Shown here: in pieces, positions 19,316 to 29,236 of the stretch
Layout of the letters: every line of letters starts with the position of its first letter
Numbering within the stretch: position 1 is the stretch's first letter
Origin: Gemmatimonadaceae bacterium
GTDB lineage: Bacteria; Gemmatimonadota; Gemmatimonadetes; Gemmatimonadales; Gemmatimonadaceae
NCBI GenBank assembly: GCA_044224875.1
Contig: JBGAJQ010000003.1
Location: 32,001-96,000 of the forward strand
Reading direction: 5' to 3'
Length of the DNA: 64,000 nucleotides
The notes under the pieces: generated by a model
The model's database searches: none
Told to the model about the DNA's origin: nothing
The model's input: only the letters and a program-made list of their open reading frames with translations
Position numbers and translations under genes: made by a program

Positions 19316-20188
19316 CTATCCGGTAGTCTCGACCACAGGGCTGGCGGACTCATGTCGTTCTGGATTCGAGGCAAGAATCCAGTCGAGGAGTTGGTCAGGC
19401 CGCTCTTCCGGAACGAGTCGGCCAACCTCGGGCGCCTCTGCGAAGCGGCCGTTCGGAAGTGCCCTGGCCAGTCCTTCGGCGGTGGCGCGATCGCAGAAGC
19501 GGTCCCGCGTGCCGCGCAGGATTAGCGCTGGCTGAGAGATCTCGGTCGGGTCGAGGTCATCTAACTCATCGTCCTCCAAGGACCGAACTAGCGTCTGGAG
19601 GTGTGCGAGGCCTTCGCGTCCCAGAAACGGCGCGAGGTATCGGCCAACGAGAATCGGAGGCATGCGCTCCCGATCACCGACGAGCGACTCCAGGTACTCC
19701 GAGAAGAGCGGCATGGCACCAAGCAATGACCGGTTCAGGCTCAGGGCGTAGCGACCCGAGGCTCGTTGAAGCTCGCGCAATTCGCGGGGCGGAAACTCGT
19801 TCAGGGACGGCGGGCTAATGAGCACGAGTCTCTGCACACGCTCGGGGCGATCGAAGGCAAGGCGAAGGGCGATGGTCGCGCCCACGTCCACTCCGACGAC
19901 CGTTGCGGCGGTCACGCGAAGGGCTGTGAGGGCCAGGTCGAGGTACGATGCTTGGGCGGCGACTCCAAAGTCGGCGGTGTAAGGGCGATCGGACTCGCCA
20001 TAGCCCAACAGGTCCGCAGCGAACGCCGTCGCCTGCCTCGTGGCGAGGCGAGGTGCAACGTGCCGCCACAGGAACGAAGACGTGGCGAATCCGTGGATCA
20101 GCAGGACCGGGGTCCCACCGAAACCATAACGCTCGACATGCAACGTTCCCGGCCCAACGGGAACGCGAAAGAGATCGCCATCGCTCAT
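19316..20188 (-). CDS. Alpha/beta hydrolase fold protein (epoxide hydrolase/dehalogenase-like, catalytic His apparently absent)
   Basis: IHGFATSSFLW, DLLGYGESD, GVDVG elbow, GTRDRF, and GRLVPEE at the usual GHxxxxE position. Confidence 0.8.
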   Translation of the reverse strand: MSDGDLFRVPVGPGTLHVERYGFGGTPVLLIHGFATSSFLWRHVAPRLATRQATAFAADLLGYGESDRPYTADFGVAAQASYLDLALTALRVTAATVVGVDVGATIALRLAFDRPERVQRLVLISPPSLNEFPPRELRELQRASGRYALSLNRSLLGAMPLFSEYLESLVGDRERMPPILVGRYLAPFLGREGLAHLQTLVRSLEDDELDDLDPTEISQPALILRGTRDRFCDRATAEGLARALPNGRFAEAPEVGRLVPEERPDQLLDWILASNPERHESASPVVETTG

Positions 20189-20348
20189 GTCATGACGATA
20201 CAGCCGGGCCGCGAGATCGCGCAGGGGTGGTTAGGCGCGGCGGCCCCTTCTGAGCATAAGCGCGGCATCCTAACTTGCTGGCGGCAGCCACGTGGACCTG
20301 ACTGATGAGGGTGTGTCAGGCCCGGCCCTTACCGGAGATGATCGACGC

Positions 20349-21161
20349 ATGGCAAAGGAACGAAAGGACGGCGGGCGCGCCCGCCCTGACGGCGCAAAGA
20401 GCGCGAAGAGCGGTGCTGGCGCGAGTAGCCCCAAGTCAGGCGTCGTGCGTTCGAGCGGTAAGGGGAACACGGGACGCTTCTACGCACTGTTGGTCCTGGT
20501 GGCGGCCGTTGGGGCCACCTTCATCGTGTACCAAATGACCCGGCCGAAGAACGTGGTGACGACGGTGGATCCGAACACGCCGTTGCCAAAGGCGGAGGGC
20601 TACCTCATTGGCAAGCCCGACGCGCCGGTACAGGTGCTGGAGTTCGCGGATTTCGAGTGTCCCGCGTGCGCCAACTTTGCCACGATCACCGAGCCGGACG
20701 TGCGGAAGCGCCTGGTGGAGACGGGCCTGGTGTCCGTGCGATTCATCGATTTCCCGCTGCCTGGTCACCAGAACACCTGGGAGGCGTCGAACGCGGCCGC
20801 CTGCGCCAACGAGCAGGGAAAGTTCTGGGAGATGCACGATCAGATCTTTGCGAACCAGGATCGGTGGGGTGGTGTGGCGACCAAGCGGCCGAAGGGCGAG
20901 CTCAAGGCGCTGGCGCAGTCGATCGGGCTCGACGTAGGCAAGTGGGAGACGTGCTACGATGACCGGAAGTACAACCTGAACATCGTGGCGAACCAGAAGG
21001 AGGGTGAGCGACGCCTGGTGGGCCAGACACCGACCTTCATCATCGGATCCAAGCTGCTTCCGGGCAGTCTGTCGTTCGACACGTTCAAGGCGTACGTCGA
21101 CACGGCGATGGCCGCATTGCCGAAGACGGCCGACAGCAGCAAGCCCGCCGCAGCCAAGTGA
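20349..21161 (+). CDS. DsbA-family thiol-disulfide oxidoreductase, membrane anchored
   Basis: EFADFECPAC, cis-Pro motif QTPTF, N-terminal TM helix. Confidence 0.9.
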   Translation: MAKERKDGGRARPDGAKSAKSGAGASSPKSGVVRSSGKGNTGRFYALLVLVAAVGATFIVYQMTRPKNVVTTVDPNTPLPKAEGYLIGKPDAPVQVLEFADFECPACANFATITEPDVRKRLVETGLVSVRFIDFPLPGHQNTWEASNAAACANEQGKFWEMHDQIFANQDRWGGVATKRPKGELKALAQSIGLDVGKWETCYDDRKYNLNIVANQKEGERRLVGQTPTFIIGSKLLPGSLSFDTFKAYVDTAMAALPKTADSSKPAAAK

Positions 21162-21186
21162 GCCTGCCTAACGCCGAGAGGTTTGC

Positions 21187-21618
21187 GTGACCAAGCGGAT
21201 GCTGCTGGCGTTGATGGCGATGGCCGGGGTTGGCATCGCCACCTATCTCACGCTGTACAAGACGGGTGCCATCGGTCAGTTGGCGTGTAGTGTCGGTTCC
21301 TGTGAAACGGTCAACACCAGCCGATGGTCGCAGCTGGCCGGGCTTCCGGTGGCAGCGTGGGGGCTTGGGTTTTACGTGTTGGTGCTGGCGGTATGCCTGG
21401 CCGGCGTACAAGCGCGCTGGAGCGAGTCGGTCATTGTCTCCAAGGCGCTGGTTGGGCTGACGGCGTGGGGCGTGCTGTTCTCTGGGTGGCTCACGTACCT
21501 CGAGCTCTTCAAGATCCACGCGATTTGCGTCTGGTGCGTGACGAGCGCGGTGCTCGTTTGTGTCATGTTCCTGGTGGCGATCCTGGAGTACCGTGAGCTG
21601 ACTCGCAGCCAGCCATAG
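21187..21618 (+). CDS. Vitamin K epoxide reductase (VKOR) family protein
   Basis: CSVGSCETV loop cysteines, ICVWC active site, four TM helices. Confidence 0.9.
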   Translation: MTKRMLLALMAMAGVGIATYLTLYKTGAIGQLACSVGSCETVNTSRWSQLAGLPVAAWGLGFYVLVLAVCLAGVQARWSESVIVSKALVGLTAWGVLFSGWLTYLELFKIHAICVWCVTSAVLVCVMFLVAILEYRELTRSQP

Positions 21619-21633
21619 CCGAGAGGAGGTCGC

Positions 21634-23919
21634 GTGGCGGAACCGTCGGGATTGATGCTCGAGCAGGCGTTCGGCTTCTTTTTCGAGCACAGCGGCCAGG
21701 CGTACTACATTTTCGATCCCGACTCGCTGCGCTTCCTGGCGGTGAACGAGGCCGCGGTGCGGCGCTATGGGTACTCGCGACAGGAGTTTCGCGACATGAC
21801 CCTGCGCGACATCCGGCCCGCTGAGGACTTCCCGGCCTTCTTCGCCGCGAATTACCAACCCGGTTTGGGTGTGAAGCACGTTGGGCGCTTCCGCCACCGT
21901 TCGCGGGACGGGCGCATCATCCCGGTTGAAATCACGGCCTACGACCTCGTGTTCGAGGGTCGATACGTTCGACTGGTCGAGGCGCTCGACATGTCCGACG
22001 GCGCACAGGCCGGCCATGAGTTGCGCGAATGGGAAGATCGCTTCCGCGCGGTGGCGGAGAGCCTGAGCGAAGCCCTGATCCTGATGGACCTGAAGGGGAT
22101 CATTCAGTACGCGAATCCCACGGCCAGCCACTTTTTTGGCATGCCGCGGGAAGAGGTGATCGGACGGGACGTCCGGCAGTTCGTGCGTCCGGAGCGCCTG
22201 GCGCAGGCCGAACGGAACCTCCAGGACCGCATGCGGGGCATTGGGGCGGTGACCGAGGACGCCATCGTTCGACCTGACGGAACACTGCTGTGGGTGGAGG
22301 TGCATGCCACTCCCTTTCGCGGGCCGGACGGAACAATCACGGGGACCGTCAGCACCTTCGTCGACATCACGGCCAGACTCCGCGCCCAGCAGGAACTGGA
22401 GCACTCGTTGTCGCTGCTCAAGGCCACGCTGGAGTCGACCGCCGACGGCATCCTTGTCGTCGACCGGGCAGGCGTGGTCGCGAACTGGAACGAGAGCTTC
22501 CGGCTGATGTGGCGGATCCCGAAGGAGATGCTGGACCGGCGGGACGGTGCACAGCTGCTGCACCACGTGGCGGTGCAGCTGAAGGACCCGGATGGTTTCC
22601 TGGGAAGTGCTGCGCATATGGTCAACGTGGCGTCGAATGATGAGTCCTTCGACATTCTCGAGCTGCGAGATGGCCGCGTGCTGGAGCGCTACTCGCTGCC
22701 GCAGCGCATCGGCGAGCAGATCGTCGGCCGCGTGTGGTCGTTCCGAGACATCACCGAGCGGCGCCGGGCCGAGGCCGCCCTGCAACGCACACAGAAGATC
22801 GAAGCGATCGGCCTGCTGGCTGGCGGCGTCGCGCACGACTTCAACAACGTGCTCACGGCCATCCTGGGGAGCGCCGAGTTGGCGTTGCTGGAGACGATTG
22901 GCAACGAAGCGGCGACGGTGGAGTTGGAGGAGATTCGACGGACGGCCATGAACGCCTCCGCGCTCACCCGTCAGCTGCTCCTGTTCAGTCGCAAGCGTGA
23001 ACGTGTCGCCGAGCGTTTGGGGTTCAACGACGCCGTGCGGTCGGCTGAACGCATGCTACGGCGCCTGATCTTCGAGGACTTGCCCCTGCACTTCATGTAC
23101 GACCAGGCCGTTGGGGATGTCGTGGTGGATGCTGGGGAGATGGAACAGGTGCTGATCAACCTGGTGCTGAATGCGCGGGACGCGTGCGAGCGCGGCGGCG
23201 ACATCACCATTGCGACGTCGCGACGGCGTATCGTGAAGCCGGGGAGTCCCGGCGATGAGCTGGTGCCTCACGCCGTGTTGATCGTCTCGGACACCGGCGA
23301 GGGGATGGATGCCGGGACGCGCCAACGGGTGTTTGAACCGTTCTTCACCACCAAGCCACCCGGCAAGGGCACCGGCCTCGGCATGGCGGCGGTGCTGGCG
23401 ATCGTCGAGCGCTCGGGCGGCACGATCGAGGTGGAATCGTCGAAGGGTCGTGGAACCACTGTCACCGTCTTGCTGCCGGAGCTGGTGCGCAGCGCGCCGG
23501 CCCAGGTCACGCCCGAGGAGGTGGTGTCCGTGCAAAAGGCGACCGAGAAAGTGCTCGTGGTGGAGGACGCGCCGGCCTTGCGTCGCTCGACGCGCAAGAT
23601 GCTGGAGCAGCAGGGCTACACGGTTCGCGATGCCACCAACGGCGTAGAGGCGTTGGACCTGCTGGCCGCGGAGGGCGCCATGGCCTTCTCGTTGGTGCTG
23701 ACGGACGTCGTCATGCCGCGCATGGGGGGGCGCGAACTGGCGGGTCACATCCTGCGGCGTTGGCCGGGGCTGCGGGTGATGCTGATGACCGGGTATGACG
23801 ACGGGGGAGTCGCTGACGACGTCACGCGCAAGTTGCCGCTGCTGGAAAAGCCCTTCGCCATGAAGGACCTGGTGCAGGCGGTCCGTCGCACGCTGGACGC
23901 ACCGCTTCCCGGCGCCTAA
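21634..23919 (+). CDS. Cytoplasmic PAS-domain hybrid sensor histidine kinase/response regulator
   Basis: Three PAS/PAC segments, AHDFNN H-box, NLVLNARDA, DTGEGM, FFTTKPPGKGTGLG, C-terminal REC domain (VVED...TDVVMP). Confidence 0.92.
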   Translation: MAEPSGLMLEQAFGFFFEHSGQAYYIFDPDSLRFLAVNEAAVRRYGYSRQEFRDMTLRDIRPAEDFPAFFAANYQPGLGVKHVGRFRHRSRDGRIIPVEITAYDLVFEGRYVRLVEALDMSDGAQAGHELREWEDRFRAVAESLSEALILMDLKGIIQYANPTASHFFGMPREEVIGRDVRQFVRPERLAQAERNLQDRMRGIGAVTEDAIVRPDGTLLWVEVHATPFRGPDGTITGTVSTFVDITARLRAQQELEHSLSLLKATLESTADGILVVDRAGVVANWNESFRLMWRIPKEMLDRRDGAQLLHHVAVQLKDPDGFLGSAAHMVNVASNDESFDILELRDGRVLERYSLPQRIGEQIVGRVWSFRDITERRRAEAALQRTQKIEAIGLLAGGVAHDFNNVLTAILGSAELALLETIGNEAATVELEEIRRTAMNASALTRQLLLFSRKRERVAERLGFNDAVRSAERMLRRLIFEDLPLHFMYDQAVGDVVVDAGEMEQVLINLVLNARDACERGGDITIATSRRRIVKPGSPGDELVPHAVLIVSDTGEGMDAGTRQRVFEPFFTTKPPGKGTGLGMAAVLAIVERSGGTIEVESSKGRGTTVTVLLPELVRSAPAQVTPEEVVSVQKATEKVLVVEDAPALRRSTRKMLEQQGYTVRDATNGVEALDLLAAEGAMAFSLVLTDVVMPRMGGRELAGHILRRWPGLRVMLMTGYDDGGVADDVTRKLPLLEKPFAMKDLVQAVRRTLDAPLPGA

Positions 23920-24257
23920 CCGGCGTCCGGCGGGGCGATGCGCACGCTTGGCCGGTCCTCCTCGGCGGAGCGTTCCCGCTTTGGCATCAGGTCCTGGCCC
24001 AACACCACCAGCACGCGCGTTGCCACCGTGCTGGCGAGCGGTTCGGCAATGTTCATGACGCGCACGTAGGCATCGATCGCGCGGTCGAAGGACAGCTCGT
24101 CGGCCAAGGCGTCCACGAAGAGGAGTGCATTCTGCACGTGCGTCTCGATCAGTGCCTCTTCGGCGCGTGCCTGCGCCAGCCGCAACCGCCGCTCCGCCGC
24201 GTCGTCCAGCTTGCGCGGAAAGATCGTCTCCGGGAACAGGGAACGCAGGAGCGACAC
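23916..24257 (-). CDS. Hypothetical protein
   Basis: 113-aa ORF starting immediately after the acs stop. Confidence 0.65.
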   Translation of the reverse strand: MSLLRSLFPETIFPRKLDDAAERRLRLAQARAEEALIETHVQNALLFVDALADELSFDRAIDAYVRVMNIAEPLASTVATRVLVVLGQDLMPKRERSAEEDRPSVRIAPPDAG

Positions 24258-24261
24258 GTGC

Positions 24262-26226
24262 CTACCCTTCCTTGTCTTCGTATTGCGCCTTGAGGGATGC
24301 CACCACGCCAGGATCGGCCAGGGTGGTTGTATCGCCTAACGCCCGTCCCTCGGCGATATCGCGCAACAAGCGGCGCATGATCTTGCCCGACCGTGTCTTG
24401 GGAAGGTCGGCCGAGAAGAGGATATCGTCCGGCCGGGCCAGCGCACCGATTTTTTGCGCCACAAATTCGCGCAACTCGTCGCGGAGTTCGGACGATGGAT
24501 GATGCCCCGTACGCAACGTGACGAAGGCCGCCAGGGCTTGACCCTTCAGCTCATGTGTCTTGCCCACCACCGCCGCTTCGGCAACCGTCGGATGTTCGAC
24601 CAGCGCTGACTCGACTTCCATCGTGCCAATGCGATGTCCCGCCACGTTCAACACGTCATCCACACGACCCAGGATCCAGTAGTATCCATCGTCATCCCGT
24701 TTGGCGCCGTCACCGGGGAAGTAGAGATCCGGCCGGCCATCCCACTTGGTGAAGTAGGTGTTCACGTACCGCTCGTCGTCGCCCCAGATCGTGCGCAACA
24801 TGGACGGCCACGGACGCGTGAGGGCCAACAGGCCGCCGCCGGTGGGAATGACCTTCGCCGTCGAATCGAGGAGTTCGGCGAAATACCCGGGCAGCGGCTT
24901 GGTAGCGGAGCCGGGCTTGGTGTCCGTGACGCCGGGCAACGGGGAGATGACGATGGCGCCGGTTTCGGTCTGCCACCAGGTGTCCACGATGGGGCATCGC
25001 TCACCGCCGATCACGCGGTGATACCACACCCACGCTTCAGGATTGATCGGCTCGCCCACGCTGCCTAACAAGCGCAGTCGGGACAGGTCGTGCTTCGCGG
25101 GCCACTCGAGGCCCCACTTCATGAAGGCGCGGATGGCTGTGGGCGCCGTGTAAAAGACGGTGACCCCGTGTCGCTCGCAGATCTCCCAGAAGCGGTTCTT
25201 CTCCGGCCAATCCGGTGCACCCTCGTACATGACGCAGGTGGTGCCATTCGCCAGTGGGCCATAGACGAGGTAGGAGTGACCGGTGATCCAACCGACATCT
25301 GCCGTGCACCAGAACACGTCGTCGTCTTTCAGGTCAAAGACGTTGCGGGTGGTGGAGGTGACTCCGGTGAGGTATCCCCCCGTGGTGTGTACGATGCCTT
25401 TCGGCTTACCCGTGGTACCCGAGGTATAGAGGATGAACAGCACGTCCTCGGCGTCCATCGGTTCCGGCTCGCACGACGTGCTGGCGTGGGCCATCAAGCG
25501 GTGCCACCAGTGGTCACGACCTTCACGCATGTCGGCGAAGGATTCATCGCCCATGCCACCGGGCCGGCGCTGCACGACGATGACGTGCTTGACCGATGGC
25601 GCTTCTTCCAGGGCCTTGTCGGTGTTCCGCTTGAGCGGCACCACTTGGCCGCGGCGATAACCTCCGTCCGCGGTGATGACGACCTTGGCCTGCGCGTCGT
25701 TCATGCGGTCACGCAACGACTCGGGCGAAAACCCGCCGAAGACGACCGAGTGGATGGCCCCGATGCGCGCACACGCCAGCATGGCCACGGCGACTTCCGG
25801 CACCAGGGGCAGGTAGATGCCGACGCGGTCACCCTTCTGCACGCCTAACGACTTGAGGACATTGGCAAACTTCCGGACCTCGACATACAGGTCCCAGTAG
25901 GTCAATGTTCGCCGGTCACCGGGTTCTCCCTCAAAGATGATGGCGGCCTTGTTGCGTCTGGCGGTGGCGACGTGCCGGTCGACGCAGTTGGCCGCGACGT
26001 TCAGCTTGCCGCCGACAAACCACTTGGCCCACGGGGCCTGCCAGTCGAGCACCCGATCCCACGGACGCATCCAGTCCAGCGCCTTGGCCTCGTTGGCCCA
26101 ATAGGCTTCGTAATCTTCGGACGCCTTTTCATGCACGGACCAGTCACGGATGCCGGCCTGAGACCGGAATGCGTCGGACGGGGGAAACTTCCGGTTCTCC
26201 TGCAGCAGGACCGAGATGTCGGACAT
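24262..26226 (-). CDS. acs: Acetate--CoA ligase (AMP-forming acetyl-CoA synthetase)
   Basis: [32 protein letters not shown] and [14 protein letters not shown] motifs. Confidence 0.96.
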   Translation of the reverse strand: MSDISVLLQENRKFPPSDAFRSQAGIRDWSVHEKASEDYEAYWANEAKALDWMRPWDRVLDWQAPWAKWFVGGKLNVAANCVDRHVATARRNKAAIIFEGEPGDRRTLTYWDLYVEVRKFANVLKSLGVQKGDRVGIYLPLVPEVAVAMLACARIGAIHSVVFGGFSPESLRDRMNDAQAKVVITADGGYRRGQVVPLKRNTDKALEEAPSVKHVIVVQRRPGGMGDESFADMREGRDHWWHRLMAHASTSCEPEPMDAEDVLFILYTSGTTGKPKGIVHTTGGYLTGVTSTTRNVFDLKDDDVFWCTADVGWITGHSYLVYGPLANGTTCVMYEGAPDWPEKNRFWEICERHGVTVFYTAPTAIRAFMKWGLEWPAKHDLSRLRLLGSVGEPINPEAWVWYHRVIGGERCPIVDTWWQTETGAIVISPLPGVTDTKPGSATKPLPGYFAELLDSTAKVIPTGGGLLALTRPWPSMLRTIWGDDERYVNTYFTKWDGRPDLYFPGDGAKRDDDGYYWILGRVDDVLNVAGHRIGTMEVESALVEHPTVAEAAVVGKTHELKGQALAAFVTLRTGHHPSSELRDELREFVAQKIGALARPDDILFSADLPKTRSGKIMRRLLRDIAEGRALGDTTTLADPGVVASLKAQYEDKEG

Positions 26227-26454
26227 GGTCTGTGACGTCGTGTAGGATGTGCGCGCACTTGGGCTTACGTGGCGCGGCCAGCTCGCTTTCGTGGCCACCG
26301 CAGATTCTGCCGATCGCACCATGAAACTGCAACGGTGGGTTCAGCCGCCGAGACTCTCGATTGGGCCGCGGCGCCTAGGCAAACGTCCCCAAGCGACGCA
26401 ATTCGCGCCTTAATCTGGCAGGCACGTTCCCTGCGAGTCCTGACAAAGCGCCCT

Positions 26455-26501
26455 CTCCGCAACGATTTGCGGAGTTGCAACTCTGGTGGCACAGGCGTCG
26501 C
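26455..26501 (+). promoter_or_regulatory. Two overlapping palindromes followed by a sigma54-like -24/-12 element
   Basis: CTCCGCAA-cgat-TTGCGGAG (26455-26474), GAGTTGCAACTC (26472-26483), TGGCACAGGCGTCGC (26487-26501) with GG-N10-GC spacing. Confidence 0.4.
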
Positions 26502-26546
26502 CACTTGGCAGCTGGGAATGGCCATTCAACGGGAGAGTGTGCCGAG

Positions 26547-26846
26547 ATGACGGATTCACTGGTGGTGGCGGCTCCAACCGCGCTAACCGCGCAAACGCGC
26601 GTTGAGTTTCGTAGTGCCGCACTCGATTGTCTGGAGCGAGCCGGCGACACGCCGGGGGGCGCCCTGACGATCGATATGTCGGAGACGCACGACATTGATG
26701 CATGTGGCCTCGGCATTTTGGTCATGGTTACCAAGCGCGCGCGGGAGCGTGGGCTGGCTACGCGGCTCTTCCGACCAAACGATGACGTGCGCTCGCTTCT
26801 CCAAACCACACGACTCGAGCCTCTCTTTCAGTTTCGAAGCGAGTAG
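26547..26846 (+). CDS. STAS domain protein (anti-sigma factor antagonist-like)
   Basis: LTIDMSETHDIDACGLGIL motif, about 99 aa. Confidence 0.8.
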   Translation: MTDSLVVAAPTALTAQTRVEFRSAALDCLERAGDTPGGALTIDMSETHDIDACGLGILVMVTKRARERGLATRLFRPNDDVRSLLQTTRLEPLFQFRSE

Positions 26847-26970
26847 GCGATCATGCGCGGGTGCGCCTTCGGGCCCGCCAGCTGAGGCGAGACCCTCCGC
26901 CGGCCTTTGACACAGGCGGGCCCCGCGTGCGTAAGGCCCTACAGCGTCACTCGACAAGCGGAGGGGATCG

Positions 26971-27249
26971 ATGGATAAGAACACAGCGATCGTGGCATTC
27001 GCGGGCATCGTTGTCGGCGGCTTGATTGTGCTGACTATTCTCAAGGCCATTCTTCCCAGCCTCACGCGTCGTCCGCCTGGGGCACTGAGCGGAAGCGATG
27101 CACTGTCCGGGCTAGCCGACCGCCTGGACCGGATGGAGGGCGCGATCGACGCCATGGCCGTGGAAGTCGAGCGAGTAGCCGAGGGGCAGCGTTACACCAC
27201 CAAGTTGTTGTCGGAGCGCGTGGCAGAACACGTGGAGCGAGTCCGATGA
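26971..27249 (+). CDS. Small membrane-anchored coiled-coil hypothetical protein
   Basis: GGAGGG RBS, N-terminal TM, RLDRMEGAIDAMAVEVERVAEGQR. Confidence 0.7.
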   Translation: MDKNTAIVAFAGIVVGGLIVLTILKAILPSLTRRPPGALSGSDALSGLADRLDRMEGAIDAMAVEVERVAEGQRYTTKLLSERVAEHVERVR

Positions 27250-27509
27250 TCATGCTGTTTGTCGGCTTGGTCGTCCTGTTGGTCGTTCCACCCACCGTGT
27301 GGTGGAGTGTCACGCACGTCGTGCCGCGCGTGCTCGAGTCGATGGGACTGCTGGGCAAGGCCGAGCTGCAAGCGCAGGAGGCTCGGTTGGCGCGCATGGA
27401 GGAGGCGATTGACGCGCTGGTCCTTCAGGTCGATCAGCTGTCTCAGTCCCAGCGGGCGATTGCGCCGGCGCAGCGTGAGCAGATGGAGCGAAACCCCGAG
27501 TTACGTTAG
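27246..27509 (+). CDS. Small membrane-anchored coiled-coil hypothetical protein (paralog of preceding gene)
   Basis: ATGA overlap, N-terminal TM, RLARMEEAIDALVLQVDQ. Confidence 0.65.
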   Translation: MIMLFVGLVVLLVVPPTVWWSVTHVVPRVLESMGLLGKAELQAQEARLARMEEAIDALVLQVDQLSQSQRAIAPAQREQMERNPELR

Positions 27510-27536
27510 GTTGCGGCGGACGCTTCCCGACACCAC

Positions 27537-28079
27537 ATGATCCATCCTTGGCACGACCTGCCGCCCGGGGCCCATCCTCCGGACGAAGTCACCGCGATCA
27601 TCGAGATCCCACGCGGCAGTCGCAACAAATATGAGCTGGACAAGAAATCCGGGCTGTTGAAACTGGACCGCGTGCTGTATTCGGCCGTGCACTATCCGGG
27701 AGACTACGGCTTCATTCCGCGCACGCTGCACGAGGATGGAGATCCGTTGGATATCCTGGTCCGCATCAACGAGCCGACGTTTCCCGGGTGCCAGATCAGC
27801 GCCCGGCCGATTGGCGTGTTGAAGATGCTGGACCGCGGTGAACCTGACGACAAGGTGCTCGCGGTCCCATCCCACGATCCGATCCAGCAGGAATACTTCG
27901 ACATTGCCGACATCCCGCGCCATTTCCTGAACGAGGTCGAGCACTTCTTCCTGATCTACAAGGACTTGGAAGGGAAGCGCATGCAGATCCTCGGCTGGGA
28001 AAAGAGCGAGGTGGCGATGCAGGTGATCCAGGAATCGGTCGCTCGGTACGAAGCCGAATTCCTCGCGACGGGGCCGTAG
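27537..28079 (+). CDS. ppa: Family I inorganic pyrophosphatase
   Basis: IEIPRGSRNKYE, YGFIPRT, DGDPLD, DDKVLAV and YKDLE motifs. Confidence 0.95.
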   Translation: MIHPWHDLPPGAHPPDEVTAIIEIPRGSRNKYELDKKSGLLKLDRVLYSAVHYPGDYGFIPRTLHEDGDPLDILVRINEPTFPGCQISARPIGVLKMLDRGEPDDKVLAVPSHDPIQQEYFDIADIPRHFLNEVEHFFLIYKDLEGKRMQILGWEKSEVAMQVIQESVARYEAEFLATGP

Positions 28080-28239
28080 CGGGCGTGGGCGCTCGACGGC
28101 TTACCGTAGTGGCCGGCGGACGCGGTACGGCGCGCGGCGATCTTCCCTCATTTCGTTCATAACACCGGCTCGACCTCCGCCGGGCGAATACGCGGGATAG
28201 CGAACACCTCTCTTCGTTCGCCGCGCGGTCACCAGGTCG

Positions 28240-28923
28240 TCAGGTCGTGGCGCGCTTGTCGATGAGCACGAACTCCCACAACAGGGCCGCCACGGCGGCG
28301 CCGAGGATCGGGCCGATCCAGTAGATCATGTGGCCTTCCCAAACGCCCGAGACCAGGGCAGGTCCGAACGAGCGCGCCGGGTTCATGGAGGCGCCGGTGA
28401 GTGGACCAATGGCCAGGATATCGGCAGCGATCGTTAGGCCTATGGCAAGCCCCGCCAGTCGCGGCGCCTTTCCGGTGACGGCCGTTCCGTAGATCACGAA
28501 CATCAGGAAGAAGGTCGCGATCGCCTCGAGGGCGATGGCGTGACCGGTGGTGACGTCCAGGGCCACCGCCTGGCCGCCGGCCCGCGAGGCCTGCACCAAC
28601 GCTGCCGGGAAGGTGGCCTTGAGCGTCCAGGCGGCGAGGGACGCGCCAACCAGCTGCCCGGCGACGTGGATTGCGCCGAGCACCGGCGCGAGCCGCCTCG
28701 TCAGGATCAACCCAATGGAGATCGCCGGATTGAGCTGGCCGCCCGACACCTGCATCGTGGCCGACACCATGAGACCGAGGGCCAGGCCATGGGCCAGGGC
28801 GACGGAGAGCAGGCCGGCCGACGAGTTCGTCTGTTGTGCCATCATGATGGCGCCCCCGCCGATGAACACGAGGGTGAACGTCCCGACCAACTCGGCGAAG
28901 AAATTCCGGGCGGATCCAGGCAT
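28240..28923 (-). CDS. Aquaporin/MIP family channel
   Basis: AELVGTF and two NPA motifs (QLNPA, SMNPARS), YWIGP. Confidence 0.93.
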   Translation of the reverse strand: MPGSARNFFAELVGTFTLVFIGGGAIMMAQQTNSSAGLLSVALAHGLALGLMVSATMQVSGGQLNPAISIGLILTRRLAPVLGAIHVAGQLVGASLAAWTLKATFPAALVQASRAGGQAVALDVTTGHAIALEAIATFFLMFVIYGTAVTGKAPRLAGLAIGLTIAADILAIGPLTGASMNPARSFGPALVSGVWEGHMIYWIGPILGAAVAALLWEFVLIDKRATT

Positions 28924-29236
28924 GGGTGCTCCAGAGGCGGGAGTAAGGTTGGCAGCCCGAGCGGCGCGAAGGTAGGATTGTTCGGTGCGCCCAGCAAGGC
29001 TTTGCGGAACGTTTCGTCCCGCCGATCGTCTGGATGGGGCGTGTGTCGGGGGCGCGTCAGTGCGGGCAAGGCCAACGGCGACAGGATGTTGGCTCGCCAC
29101 ACACGTGACGCACCGCACCAACACGGCGGGTGCGACCGGTTGCCTTAACACCTCGGCGTATGGCGCGTCATATCTCGACAAGCGGCTGCAACGGTGTCAG
29201 CAGCTACAACGATGCTCTCTACGGGAGGAATTCCAT

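Noticed and set aside
20230..20274. Inverted pair GTTAGGC...CCTAAC between the hydrolase and dsbA, as a possible attC site
   Set aside because: The order is opposite to attC (RYYYAAC...GTTRRRY), there is no internal L-box pairing, and no integrase is nearby. It is better explained as two copies of the dispersed motif.
21085..22836. Long antisense or alternative-frame ORFs (e.g. 21085..22836 -, 33290..34651 +, 37033..38472 +, 58136..59482 -)
   Set aside because: They are shadow ORFs overlapping well-supported genes, expected at high GC, with no recognisable motifs.
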